The position numbers and the translations under genes were made by a program. The notes under the pieces are model-generated. The model made no database searches, was not told the DNA's origin, and saw only the letters and a list, made by a program, of their open reading frames with translations. From Rhodobacterales bacterium 32-67-9 (lineage in GTDB: Bacteria > Pseudomonadota > Alphaproteobacteria > Rhodobacterales > Rhodobacteraceae), in assembly GCA_002280515.1 (NCBI GenBank), contig NCEA01000012.1:20392-84391 (forward strand): 64,000 bases of DNA, read 5' to 3'. Shown here piece after piece: positions 1 to 8,449 of this stretch (its first letter is position 1; every line of letters begins with the position of its first letter).

Positions 1-1155
1 CTCGTTGCCGCGCAGGCGCCGGATAGCGTCTTCGTCCAGCGCGGCAAGGTCGATCCGGTCGCCACCGCGCCCGGTGTAGAGCGCGCTGCCGCCGGTCACA
101 TGCAGGGTGTCAGGCAGCAGACCGGTCATCGCAAGACCGGTCAGCGTCTTGCCGGATCCGCTTTCGCCCACTAGTGCCAATGTCTCGCCCGGCCGCACCG
201 TCAGAGAAACGCGGCGCACAAGCTCCAGATCCTGGGCGGCAACCGAAAGTTCCTTGATCTCGAGAAGGGGGGGCTGGTCGGTGGCCGGCACGGGCGCCGG
301 GGCAGCCCGACGCGTGCGGCGGCGCAGCCAAAGGGCACCGCCAGCGGTGATGCTGCGCGGGTCCAGAGCCGATTGCAGCCGGTCGCACAGGAGGTTGAAG
401 GTCAGGATCGTCCCGGCAAGGGCCAGTGAGGGCCAGACCAGCAGCAAAGGCGAAACCTCCATCGCGCTGCGGGCGGCACGGATCATCAGACCCCAGGACG
501 GCGTGGGCGGCACCACGCCGAGGCCGAGAAACGACAACCCGCTTTCGATCACCATGGCCGAGGCGACGATCAGCGACATCTGGACCAAAAGGGGCGGCAT
601 GACATTCGGCAGGATGGTGCGCATGAGAATGGTCAGCGGATGGGTCCCCATTGCCCGTTGCGCGGTCACGAAATCGAGCCCGCGCACCTGCTGCGTGGCG
701 GCGTATACGACGCGGGCATAGTTGGGCGTGTAGAGGATGGTGAGCGCCAGGATCAGCGGCCAGGTGCCGGCGCCAAGGATGGTTACCACCAGCAGCGCCA
801 GCAACAGCGGCGGCAGGCAGAGGATGATCTCGGCCGCGCGCACCGTAAGAAGCTCGACCGCGCCCCGGAAGTAGCCGCCGAGAAGCCCGAGCGTGGTGCC
901 GATGGTGGCGGCAGCCAGTGCCGATCCGACGGCGATGAAAAGCGAGGCCTGCCCGCCCCAGATCAGCCGTGCAAGAACGTCGCGGCCGAATTCGTCCTGC
1001 CCGAGCCAATGGGCGGCACTGGGACCGGCAAAGCGGTTGGGGATGTCCATTTCGCGAACGTCGGCCAGCGGCAGGATCGGTGCGGCCAGCACGATCACGA
1101 CAATCAAAGTGGCGATGGTGCCGGGAAGGATCAGCTTCCGCGCCGCCGCGTTCAT
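1..1155 (-). CDS. Fused peptide/nickel-type ABC permease (DppC/OppC-like) plus ATP-binding domain (DppD-like); 3' end runs off the window
   Basis: Minus-strand translation from ATG (1155-1153) gives MNAAARKLILPGTIATLIVV...GLSFLGLGVVPPTPSWG...LTFNLLCDRLQSALDPR, a typical DppC end. The same frame continues without a stop through an Arg/Ala/Pro linker into LLEIKELSV...RPGETLALVGESGSGKT (Walker A codons 168-145). It is absent from the ORF track because no stop lies inside the window. Confidence 0.8.
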   Translation of the reverse strand, partial: MNAAARKLILPGTIATLIVVIVLAAPILPLADVREMDIPNRFAGPSAAHWLGQDEFGRDVLARLIWGGQASLFIAVGSALAAATIGTTLGLLGGYFRGAVELLTVRAAEIILCLPPLLLALLVVTILGAGTWPLILALTILYTPNYARVVYAATQQVRGLDFVTAQRAMGTHPLTILMRTILPNVMPPLLVQMSLIVASAMVIESGLSFLGLGVVPPTPSWGLMIRAARSAMEVSPLLLVWPSLALAGTILTFNLLCDRLQSALDPRSITAGGALWLRRRTRRAAPAPVPATDQPPLLEIKELSVAAQDLELVRRVSLTVRPGETLALVGESGSGKTLTGLAMTGLLPDTLHVTGGSALYTGRGGDRIDLAALDEDAIRRLRGNE

Positions 1156-2111
1156 GTCGTCACCAGCGAGATGCGGGGATCGAGCAGCGCGTTCACCACG
1201 TCCACGACGAGGTTCAGGAAGACGAAGAGGATCGAGATCGTCATGACGATGCCCACGACCTCGGGATAGTCGCGCGCATCGACGGCCGAGACCAGGTAGC
1301 CCGAAAGGCCCGGCCAGTTGAAGACGAACTCCACCAGCACCGTGCCACCGATCAATGTGCCCATTTCCAGCCCCAGCACCGTCACCACCGGGATCAGCGC
1401 GTTGCGCACGACGTGGCGGCGCAGGATTTCGCCCCGGGGCAGCCCCTTGGCGCGCGCGGTCCGCACGTAGTCCCGCTGCAGCACCTCCAGCACTGAGGCG
1501 CGCGACATCCGGGTGATGACGGCCAGAAGGTTGAGGCCGACGGTCCCGGCGGGCAGGAGCAGGAGCTTGAGATGTTCGACCGGGTCTTCCGAGAAGGCCA
1601 CGAAGCCCCCGGCGGGAAGCCAGCGGAGTTCTTGCGCGAAGATGAGGATGACCACGGAGCCCACAACGAAAACCGGAGTGGAGAGCGCGGCGGAGGCGAA
1701 AAACGATATCACGGCATCCGCCTTGCCGTCGGCCCGGATCGCCGCCCATGTGCCGAGCGGCACGCCCAGCCCCGTGGCGATCAGCGCCGCGCCGATGATG
1801 ACTTCGAACGTGCGGGGCAGGCGCAGGGCGATCTGGTCGATAACCGGCGCGCCGTCACGGAACGACGCGCCGAGATCGCCGGAAAGAACGCCGGCCATAT
1901 GGCTGAGATACTGCTGCCAGAGCGGATCGTTGAGCCCCATCTTCTCGCGCAGCGCCGCCACCGCTTGCGGGTCGGCGGCGATCGATCCCTGGCTCAGCAG
2001 CAGTTCCGCCGGATCGCCGGGGATAAGGTGCAGAAGCAGGAACACGATCGTGACCACGACCCAGACGAGGAACAGGGCCACGAAACTGCGCAGGGCAATG
2101 TATCTCAGCAT
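1152..2111 (-). CDS. ABC transporter permease, DppB/OppB-like
   Basis: 319-aa ORF MLRYIALRSFVALFLVWVVVTIVFLLLHLIPGDPAELLL..., the typical N-terminus of peptide/nickel ABC permeases. Its stop overlaps the next gene's start (ATGA at 1152-1155). Confidence 0.9.
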   Translation of the reverse strand: MLRYIALRSFVALFLVWVVVTIVFLLLHLIPGDPAELLLSQGSIAADPQAVAALREKMGLNDPLWQQYLSHMAGVLSGDLGASFRDGAPVIDQIALRLPRTFEVIIGAALIATGLGVPLGTWAAIRADGKADAVISFFASAALSTPVFVVGSVVILIFAQELRWLPAGGFVAFSEDPVEHLKLLLLPAGTVGLNLLAVITRMSRASVLEVLQRDYVRTARAKGLPRGEILRRHVVRNALIPVVTVLGLEMGTLIGGTVLVEFVFNWPGLSGYLVSAVDARDYPEVVGIVMTISILFVFLNLVVDVVNALLDPRISLVTT

Positions 2112-2118
2112 CAGGCGC

Positions 2119-3651
2119 TCAGCCGAGCATCGTATCTTCCAGCGTGATGCCGGAATAGAAGGTCAGTTGACCGGGCATGTTGGTGAAGCCTTCGACGCCC
2201 GCCTTCATCGCATAGCCCTGGCTGCGCCAGGCGAGGCCGACCATGGGCGCGGTCTCGATCGCGACCCTCTCAAGCTCCTTGTAGATCGCCTTGCGCTCCT
2301 CGGTGTCGAAGATCGCGCGCCCTTTCGCAAAGAGGTCCGTGATCTCGGGCGTCGGAAGCTGGAAGCTGCGCACGAAGCTGTTGGGCAGCGAGCCGTCTAC
2401 CTGGTTGGACAGGCCGTCGGGGTCGTTGTTGGCAGCCGTTGTACCCATGATGGCCAGGTCGTACTGGCCCTCGTTGCCCTTCTTCACGCGGGTCGACCAT
2501 TCGGGCAGGTCCAGCGTCACGTTAATGCCGATCATCGACAGATAGGCCTGGCAGACCTCGGCGGTGGACTGGTGCATCCCGTATTGTGCGGTCGACAGCA
2601 TGGTGCAGTCGAACCCATCGGGATAGCCCGCCTCGGCCAGGAGCGCCTTGGCCTTGTCGGGGTCGTAGTTCCAGCCGTTGGCGTATTCGGGATTGAAGAA
2701 CTCGGACTTCTCGGCGATCGGGAGATGTTCCAGTGCGCCGCCGCGATCATAGAAGGCCGCCGCGACGATGTCTTCGCGCTTGATCGCGTGGGCGACGGCG
2801 CGGCGCACCAGCGGATTGTCGAAGGGCGGCTTCGATCCGTTGAATGTCAGGTACATGAAGGGTCCGTCGACCGTGTCGAGCTTGAGTTCGCCGTTGCCTT
2901 CGATCTGGCTCATCGCCTGCCAGGGCACGTATTCGATGAGATCCACATCGCCGGCTTCCAGCGCGGCCACGCGCAGGTTTTCGTCGGCGTAGACGATGGC
3001 CTCGACCCGCGCGAGCTTTGGCAAGCCTTCCTTGTAGTAGCCATCATAGGCGGTCAGTGTCAGCGACACGCCCCGGTCGTTTTTTTCCATCTTGAAAGGG
3101 CCGGAACCGATCATCGTGTCGCGCGGCTCGCCCTTCTTGATCATCGGCATGTTGTAGTGGGCGAACCAGCCGGGCAGGGTGGCCTGCGGCTCGGTCGTCT
3201 TCATGATCACGGTTTTGGCGTCCGGCGTTTCGATGCTGGTGATAGAGGCGAGCTGCCCCTGAAGATAGGCCGCCGAGTCGGGTTTTTGCGCCTCGGTCAC
3301 GTTCCAGGCGATGTCTTCGGCAGTGACAGGCGATCCGTCGTGCCAGGTCGCGTCGCGCAGCTTGAAGGTCCATGTGCCGTCTTCAGCCACTTCCCAGCTT
3401 TCCGCCAGTTCGCCACGCATGAGGCCGTCGGGGCCGTAGCCGACAAGGCCACGGTGCATCATCAGCTTGATGGTTCCCGCTGCAGTTCCGGACGAAGCCC
3501 ATGCGTCGAAGCTGGGCGGATAGGTCGAAAGCGCGAAGCGCAGTACGCCGCCCTCTTGCGCGCGCAGGCCCTTGGGGCCGAGGAAGGCGAGGCTGGTTGC
3601 AGCGACGCTGGTGGTGGCGAGAAAGCCGCGCCGGTTCAGTCGCGTGGTCAT
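2119..3651 (-). CDS. ABC transporter substrate-binding protein, family 5 (peptide/nickel type), Tat-like signal
   Basis: The track ORF is 2119..3717. I place the start at ATG 3651, preceded by AAGGAGA, giving MTTRLNRRGFLATTSVAATSLAF (twin-arginine signal). Length of about 510 aa is typical of family-5 SBPs. Confidence 0.85.
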   Translation of the reverse strand: MTTRLNRRGFLATTSVAATSLAFLGPKGLRAQEGGVLRFALSTYPPSFDAWASSGTAAGTIKLMMHRGLVGYGPDGLMRGELAESWEVAEDGTWTFKLRDATWHDGSPVTAEDIAWNVTEAQKPDSAAYLQGQLASITSIETPDAKTVIMKTTEPQATLPGWFAHYNMPMIKKGEPRDTMIGSGPFKMEKNDRGVSLTLTAYDGYYKEGLPKLARVEAIVYADENLRVAALEAGDVDLIEYVPWQAMSQIEGNGELKLDTVDGPFMYLTFNGSKPPFDNPLVRRAVAHAIKREDIVAAAFYDRGGALEHLPIAEKSEFFNPEYANGWNYDPDKAKALLAEAGYPDGFDCTMLSTAQYGMHQSTAEVCQAYLSMIGINVTLDLPEWSTRVKKGNEGQYDLAIMGTTAANNDPDGLSNQVDGSLPNSFVRSFQLPTPEITDLFAKGRAIFDTEERKAIYKELERVAIETAPMVGLAWRSQGYAMKAGVEGFTNMPGQLTFYSGITLEDTMLG

Positions 3652-3713
3652 GGGTCTTGTCTCCTTGTCGGTTGAGGCGGGCTCTTGCTGGCCCTTCTGG
3701 AATAGGGTTCCGG

Positions 3714-5324
3714 TCATTCTGCCGCGATGGGCCGCCTGTCGGTCGAATCGTTGGCTTCCCCGGGCCGGCCGTAGCCGCCGCCGCCCGGAGTCAGGACTTC
3801 AAGCCACTCGCCGGCCCGAAGAACACCGACGCCGCGTTCGAACGGTCTTGCGCCGGGGCTGAGCACATAGCCGCCATGGCCGCCGGGGCCACCGCCCTGA
3901 AGACCCCAGGAGCGCGACTGGATGCGCGAAATGTCGACGCTGACCATGCATTCCTCGGTCGCACGATAGACCCGGCGCAGGCCCATTCCGCCGCGGTATC
4001 TTCCCGTTCCGGCGGACCCATCGATCAGCTCGTAGCGTTCGAGGATCAGCGGGTATTCCACTTCGAGGGCCTCGACCGGCAGGTTCGACGTATTGGTGGC
4101 ATGGACATGGATCCCGTCGAGACCGTCGGCATGGGGCCGCGCGCCGCCACCACCACCGATGGTCTCCAGATAGACCCAGTAGGTGCCTTTATCCGGGCCG
4201 CTTTCACGGTTGCCCGAGAAGAGCGCCACGGTGCAGGTCGAGTTGGTGCAGGCCGAGACCCGTTCGGGTGCCGCCTTTGCCAGCGCGCCGAGTATCAGGT
4301 CGGCGACACGCTGACAGGTCTGGACGCGGCCGTTGACCGCCGCGGGGTGCTTGCAGTTCAGGATCGAGCCATCGGGTGCCCGCACGGTGATGGGCCTGGC
4401 AAGGCCGGCGTTGGGCAGAACGGTGGGATCGACCACCGATTTCACGATGTAATAGACCGTTGCCAGAAGGGCGGTTCGGGTCATGTTGATCCCCGCCCGG
4501 ATCTGTGGCGGTGCCTCGAAGTCCAGCGTGATTTCGTCGCCGGCGACGGTGACGGTGGCGGCCAGCGGGATGGGCTCGTCGAAGTCGAGACTGTCGAAAT
4601 CGTCCTCAAACCGCCAGCTTCCGTCGGGCAGAGCCGCGATGCCGGCGCGCATCTTGCGTTCTGCATAATCGAGAAGCGCTTCGCCCGAGGCGAGCACCGT
4701 CTCCACGCCGTGACGCGCGCAAAGTTCCTGAAACCGCTGGACGCCGACACGGTTCGCCGCCATCTGGGCGCGCAGGTCCGACAACCGTTCGCGCGGAACC
4801 TGGCAATTGAGCAGGATCAGTTCTTGCACGTCCTTTTGCAGTTCACCCGCCCGGTAGAGCCGGATCGGCGGGATGCGCAGCCCTTCCTGATAAATATGGG
4901 CATGGGCGCGGTCCACGAAGTCCGCGTGATGCGCAAGGTTCACCGTCCAGGCCGCGAGAGCGCCATCGACGAAGATCGGTTCAGCCAGCACGATGTCGGG
5001 CAAGTGGGTGCCGCCGCCACGATAGGCATCGTTGCCGACGAAGACGTCGCCCGGGCGCAGTCCGGCCGGGTCGTGGTCCTTCAGGAGCATCGGGATGAAA
5101 TCGAGGAAGCTGCCGAGGTGCACGGGGATGTGCTCGGCTTGGCAAAGCGTCCGCCCGGCGCGGTCGAACAGCGCGGTTGAACAGTCACGCCGTTCCTTGA
5201 TGTTGGTGGAGTAGGAGGCGCGAACCAGCGCCTCGCCGGTCTCTTCGACGATGGAGGAGAGGGCGGCGCCGATGACCTCGACGGTGATCGGGTCAAGCGT
5301 GAGGGACAGGGGCTGGCTTGTCAT
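3714..5324 (-). CDS. hyuB: Hydantoinase B / oxoprolinase family protein (HyuB-like)
   Basis: MTSQPLSLTLDPITVEVIGAALSSIVEETGEALVRASYSTNIKERRDCSTALFD... is the canonical HyuB N-terminus. ATG 5324 overlaps the hyuA stop (ATGA at 5321-5324). The track's 633-aa version carries a spurious Arg-rich extension. Confidence 0.9.
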   Translation of the reverse strand: MTSQPLSLTLDPITVEVIGAALSSIVEETGEALVRASYSTNIKERRDCSTALFDRAGRTLCQAEHIPVHLGSFLDFIPMLLKDHDPAGLRPGDVFVGNDAYRGGGTHLPDIVLAEPIFVDGALAAWTVNLAHHADFVDRAHAHIYQEGLRIPPIRLYRAGELQKDVQELILLNCQVPRERLSDLRAQMAANRVGVQRFQELCARHGVETVLASGEALLDYAERKMRAGIAALPDGSWRFEDDFDSLDFDEPIPLAATVTVAGDEITLDFEAPPQIRAGINMTRTALLATVYYIVKSVVDPTVLPNAGLARPITVRAPDGSILNCKHPAAVNGRVQTCQRVADLILGALAKAAPERVSACTNSTCTVALFSGNRESGPDKGTYWVYLETIGGGGGARPHADGLDGIHVHATNTSNLPVEALEVEYPLILERYELIDGSAGTGRYRGGMGLRRVYRATEECMVSVDISRIQSRSWGLQGGGPGGHGGYVLSPGARPFERGVGVLRAGEWLEVLTPGGGGYGRPGEANDSTDRRPIAAE

Positions 5325-7420
5325 GCGCGAAGCTCCAGGATCAGGTTGTCCAGCACGTCGACGCGCGCGGTTACGCCCGGCGGGATCAGCGTGGTGGTGT
5401 CCATCTGCTCGACGATGGCGGGGCCGGCGAATGTCATGCCGGGGGCCAGCAGGTCGCGGGCATAAAGCGTGGTTTCGGTGAAGCCGCCGGTTTCGGGATA
5501 CCAGACTTCCCGTGCGCCGGTGATCGCGCCCGTGGCGTCCGGTCCGCCCAGCGGGCGTTCCGGCAGTTCGGCCTTGCGGACTAGGCCGGTGGCCTCGGCG
5601 CGGAAGGTGACGCACAGGATGCGCTCGTCAGGCACCGCGAAGCCGTACATGCGGGTGTGCGCCTCGGTGAAGCCCTGCCGCAGCGCGCCGAGCGTGGCGT
5701 CCGTCACAGGCTCTTCGGGAACCGGGATGGACAGCTCGTAATTCTGCCCTTCGTAGCGCATGTCGACGCGGGCGGTGCTCTGGCGACGGGGTTCGTCGAT
5801 CTCTTCGTTGTCGAACCAGTCCGACGCCTCGGCCTGGACGCGGGCAATGGTCGCGGCGATCGTGTCGAGATTGCCAGTCTCCAGCGGAACCAGCCTAGTG
5901 GTGGAGAAATCCGCCCTGAGATCGGTCAGCAGCAATCCCATCGCGCAAAGGATGCCGGGGTTGCGCGGGATGACGACGGTGGACATCCCAAGTTCCTGCG
6001 CCAGCCGCACCGCGTGCAGCGGACCCGCCCCGCCAAACGCCATCAGCGCGTAGCCGCGCGGATCGTGGCCGCGCTGGACCGAGATCACACGGATCGCCTT
6101 GGCCATGTTGGCGGTGACGACCGAGATGATGCCCTGGGCCACGTCCATGACGCTCATGCCAAGGCTGTCTGCCATCTTGCCGATCGCGTCGAGGGCGAGG
6201 TCGCGGTGCACCTCCATCCGTCCGTCCAGAAGATGCGTGGGGTTGAGAACCTGCAGCACGATGTTGGCGTCCGTGACGGTGGGTTCCGCGGCGCCGCGGC
6301 CATAGCAGACTGGGCCGGGATCGGCGCCGGCGCTTTCCGGGCCGACCTTCAGAAGCCCGCCCGTGTCAATCCGCGCGATGGAGCCACCGCCGGCGCCGAC
6401 CGTGTGGATGTCGAGCATCGGCGCCTTGATCGGATAGCCGTGCACGACGCTTTCATTGGTCTGGGTGGTCTGCCCGTTCGCCATAAGCGCCACGTCGGAC
6501 GAGGTGCCGCCCATATCGAATGTAATGAGGTCGCCGAAACCAGCGCGCGCGCCGATAGCCTGCGCGGCAACGACGCCGGTGGAGGGGCCGGACAGCACCG
6601 CCCGCACCGGCGTTTCCGCCGCTACCTCGAATCGCACCACGCCGCCGTTTGACTGGGTCAGGTGCGGGGCGACCGGCAGCCCGAGGTCGGCCAGGCGCGG
6701 GGTCAGGCGCGAGATGTAACGGTGCATGATCGGGCCGAGGTAAGCGTTGACCGTGGCGGTCGAAAGACGCTCGAACTCGCGGAACTCCGGCGCGATCTCG
6801 TGGCTGGCACAGAGGAAGACGCCGGGCATCTCTTCTACGACGATGCGCTTGGCGGCCTTTTCGTGCGTCGGGTTCACGAAGGCATAGAGAAAGCAGATGG
6901 CAACCGCCTCGACGCCGGCATCCTTCAGCGCGCGGGCCGCAACGCGCACCGCCTCTTCATCCAGCGGGGTCTCGATCTCGCCGGTGTGCAGGACGCGCTC
7001 AGGCAGTTCGATGCGCAATTCGCGCGGGACCAGCGTGCGGGGCTTTTCGGCGAAAAGGTCATAGAGATCGGGGCGCTTCTGCCGACCGATCTCCAGGAGG
7101 TCGCGAAACCCGCCGGTGGTCAGCAGCCCCACCCGCGCGCCGCGATGGGTGATCAGCGCGTTGGTCGCGACCGTGGTGCCGTGGCCAAGATATGCGATGG
7201 CGGCGGCCGGGTCGTCGGGACTGCCCGTGCATTCGGTCATGCCTTCGCCAACGCCCTGAGCGATGCCGCGCGATGGGTCGTCCGGGGTGGAGGATACTTT
7301 CCAGACCGCGATCCGGCCGGTCGCCTCATCGAACATGCAGACATCGGTGAATGTCCCGCCCGAATCCACGCCAACGCGCCAAGTGCTTCTGGGTTCAGGT
7401 CCGCGCGTACCGTCCATCAT
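5321..7420 (-). CDS. hyuA: Hydantoinase A / oxoprolinase family protein (HyuA-like)
   Basis: 699 aa. Contains VGVDSGGTFTDV (phosphate-1 motif) and LITFDMGGTSSDVAL (phosphate-2 motif) of the ASKHA-fold hydantoinase A family. Confidence 0.9.
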   Translation of the reverse strand: MMDGTRGPEPRSTWRVGVDSGGTFTDVCMFDEATGRIAVWKVSSTPDDPSRGIAQGVGEGMTECTGSPDDPAAAIAYLGHGTTVATNALITHRGARVGLLTTGGFRDLLEIGRQKRPDLYDLFAEKPRTLVPRELRIELPERVLHTGEIETPLDEEAVRVAARALKDAGVEAVAICFLYAFVNPTHEKAAKRIVVEEMPGVFLCASHEIAPEFREFERLSTATVNAYLGPIMHRYISRLTPRLADLGLPVAPHLTQSNGGVVRFEVAAETPVRAVLSGPSTGVVAAQAIGARAGFGDLITFDMGGTSSDVALMANGQTTQTNESVVHGYPIKAPMLDIHTVGAGGGSIARIDTGGLLKVGPESAGADPGPVCYGRGAAEPTVTDANIVLQVLNPTHLLDGRMEVHRDLALDAIGKMADSLGMSVMDVAQGIISVVTANMAKAIRVISVQRGHDPRGYALMAFGGAGPLHAVRLAQELGMSTVVIPRNPGILCAMGLLLTDLRADFSTTRLVPLETGNLDTIAATIARVQAEASDWFDNEEIDEPRRQSTARVDMRYEGQNYELSIPVPEEPVTDATLGALRQGFTEAHTRMYGFAVPDERILCVTFRAEATGLVRKAELPERPLGGPDATGAITGAREVWYPETGGFTETTLYARDLLAPGMTFAGPAIVEQMDTTTLIPPGVTARVDVLDNLILELRA

Positions 7421-7450
7421 TCTGCTGGTGTCCTTGTCGCGTGTACGTCA

Positions 7451-7458
7451 TGTATACA
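7451..7458. promoter_or_regulatory. Candidate GntR/FadR-type operator (TGTATACA palindrome) in the divergent hyuA-gntR intergenic region
   Basis: Perfect 8-bp palindrome TGTATACA lies in an AT-richer patch between the hyuA start (7420) and the gntR start (7537). It fits the GT-N-AC core of GntR-family operators. Confidence 0.35.
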
Positions 7459-7536
7459 ATGATGAGTCGCGTTGCATGTCCAGTGTGCATTTGTACCGCG
7501 GCATGTATTGTGCGCGGCAACACGGGGAGTCGTCGA

Positions 7537-8226
7537 ATGAACAGGCAGGTGCACGGTGCGCCGACCGGCACTGGCACCGGTGCGACGGTGGGCAAGGTTC
7601 TGTCGGCGCGGGAACGTGCCTATGACGGTATCCGTGGCCGTATCCTGAGCGGCGATTTCCGTCCCGGCGCCTTCATCGAGGAATCGGTGGCCTGCGAGGC
7701 AACGGGCGTGTCGCGCACGCCGGTCCGCGAGGCGCTGAACCGGCTGGCGGCCGAGGGCTATCTCGATCTGCACCCGCGCCGGGGGGCGATGGTCAAACCG
7801 CTGTCCGCCGCCGAACTGCGCGACCTCTACGAGGTGCGCGACCTGGTCGAAAGCCACGCCGTCCGTGCGATCTGCCGGGGCAGGCGACCGGTGCCGGCGG
7901 AAATGGCCGCCCTCTGCGACGCGCACGAGGCGACCCCGGCAGGGGATCTGCTGGGACATGTCGAAATCAACCGCCTGTTCCATCGCGCACTGGTGGCGGG
8001 ATCGGGCAATACCGTGTTGTTGCAGGTCTTCGACGGGCTTCAGGCGAATTTGACCCGCGTCGCGATGTTGTCGCTGCAGCGGGGCGTCGGCCGCAATGAC
8101 GTGATCGAACATGAGCATCGCGCCCTGATCGCCGCGCTGGAGACGCATGACGAAAGTCACGCGCTCGAGGTGCTGGACCGCCACCTCAAGCTGATGCCCC
8201 GCCTTATGGCGTCGCTGCCCGGATGA
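7537..8226 (+). CDS. GntR family transcriptional regulator (FadR/FCD subfamily)
   Basis: I place the start at ATG 7537, after GGGGAG. The winged-helix segment is RAYDGIRGRILSGDFRPGAFIEESVACEATGVSRTPVREALNRLAAEGYLDLHPRRGAMV, followed by an all-helical C-terminal domain. Confidence 0.85.
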   Translation: MNRQVHGAPTGTGTGATVGKVLSARERAYDGIRGRILSGDFRPGAFIEESVACEATGVSRTPVREALNRLAAEGYLDLHPRRGAMVKPLSAAELRDLYEVRDLVESHAVRAICRGRRPVPAEMAALCDAHEATPAGDLLGHVEINRLFHRALVAGSGNTVLLQVFDGLQANLTRVAMLSLQRGVGRNDVIEHEHRALIAALETHDESHALEVLDRHLKLMPRLMASLPG

Positions 8227-8449
8227 CCGGGTTCGCTGGGGCAGGAGGCACGGGGCGTTCGTCATGGCGGCGTGGGCGTGCTCTTTTCGGTCGTCGGCGT
8301 GATGACGCGTCGAAGGGATGGGACACCCCCGGGGCGCGTGTCGTCCAATTCAAAAGTTTTTTGAGCCGGACAAATTTTCTTATTTGGCTCTGCGCCCGGA
8401 AATCCGGCAGCCTGCGCGGGCCGCGATGCTGAATCAGGACCGTATCCGT

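Noticed and set aside
1513-3675. Very long ORFs antisense to recognised genes: 1513-3675 (+, 720 aa), 13596-15173 (-), 16917-18467 (-), 24463-26634 (+, 723 aa), 35680-37317 (-), 38517-40151 (+), 42512-44548 (-, 678 aa), 51557-53116 (+), 61872-63743 (+, 623 aa).
   Set aside because: They have Arg/Gly/Pro/Ala-rich, motif-free translations lying exactly opposite strongly recognisable genes. These are the classic shadow ORFs of high-G+C DNA, where stop codons are rare.
3714-5615. N-terminal extensions of track ORFs, e.g. 3714-5615, 7351-8226, 14974-15909, 15849-20441, 22948-24324, 35476-37236, 49559-50425, 51569-53182, 56378-57832.
   Set aside because: The extensions are Arg/Pro-rich junk that overlaps the upstream gene or a riboswitch. 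Internal starts with an SD and/or stop-start overlap give canonical protein N-termini.
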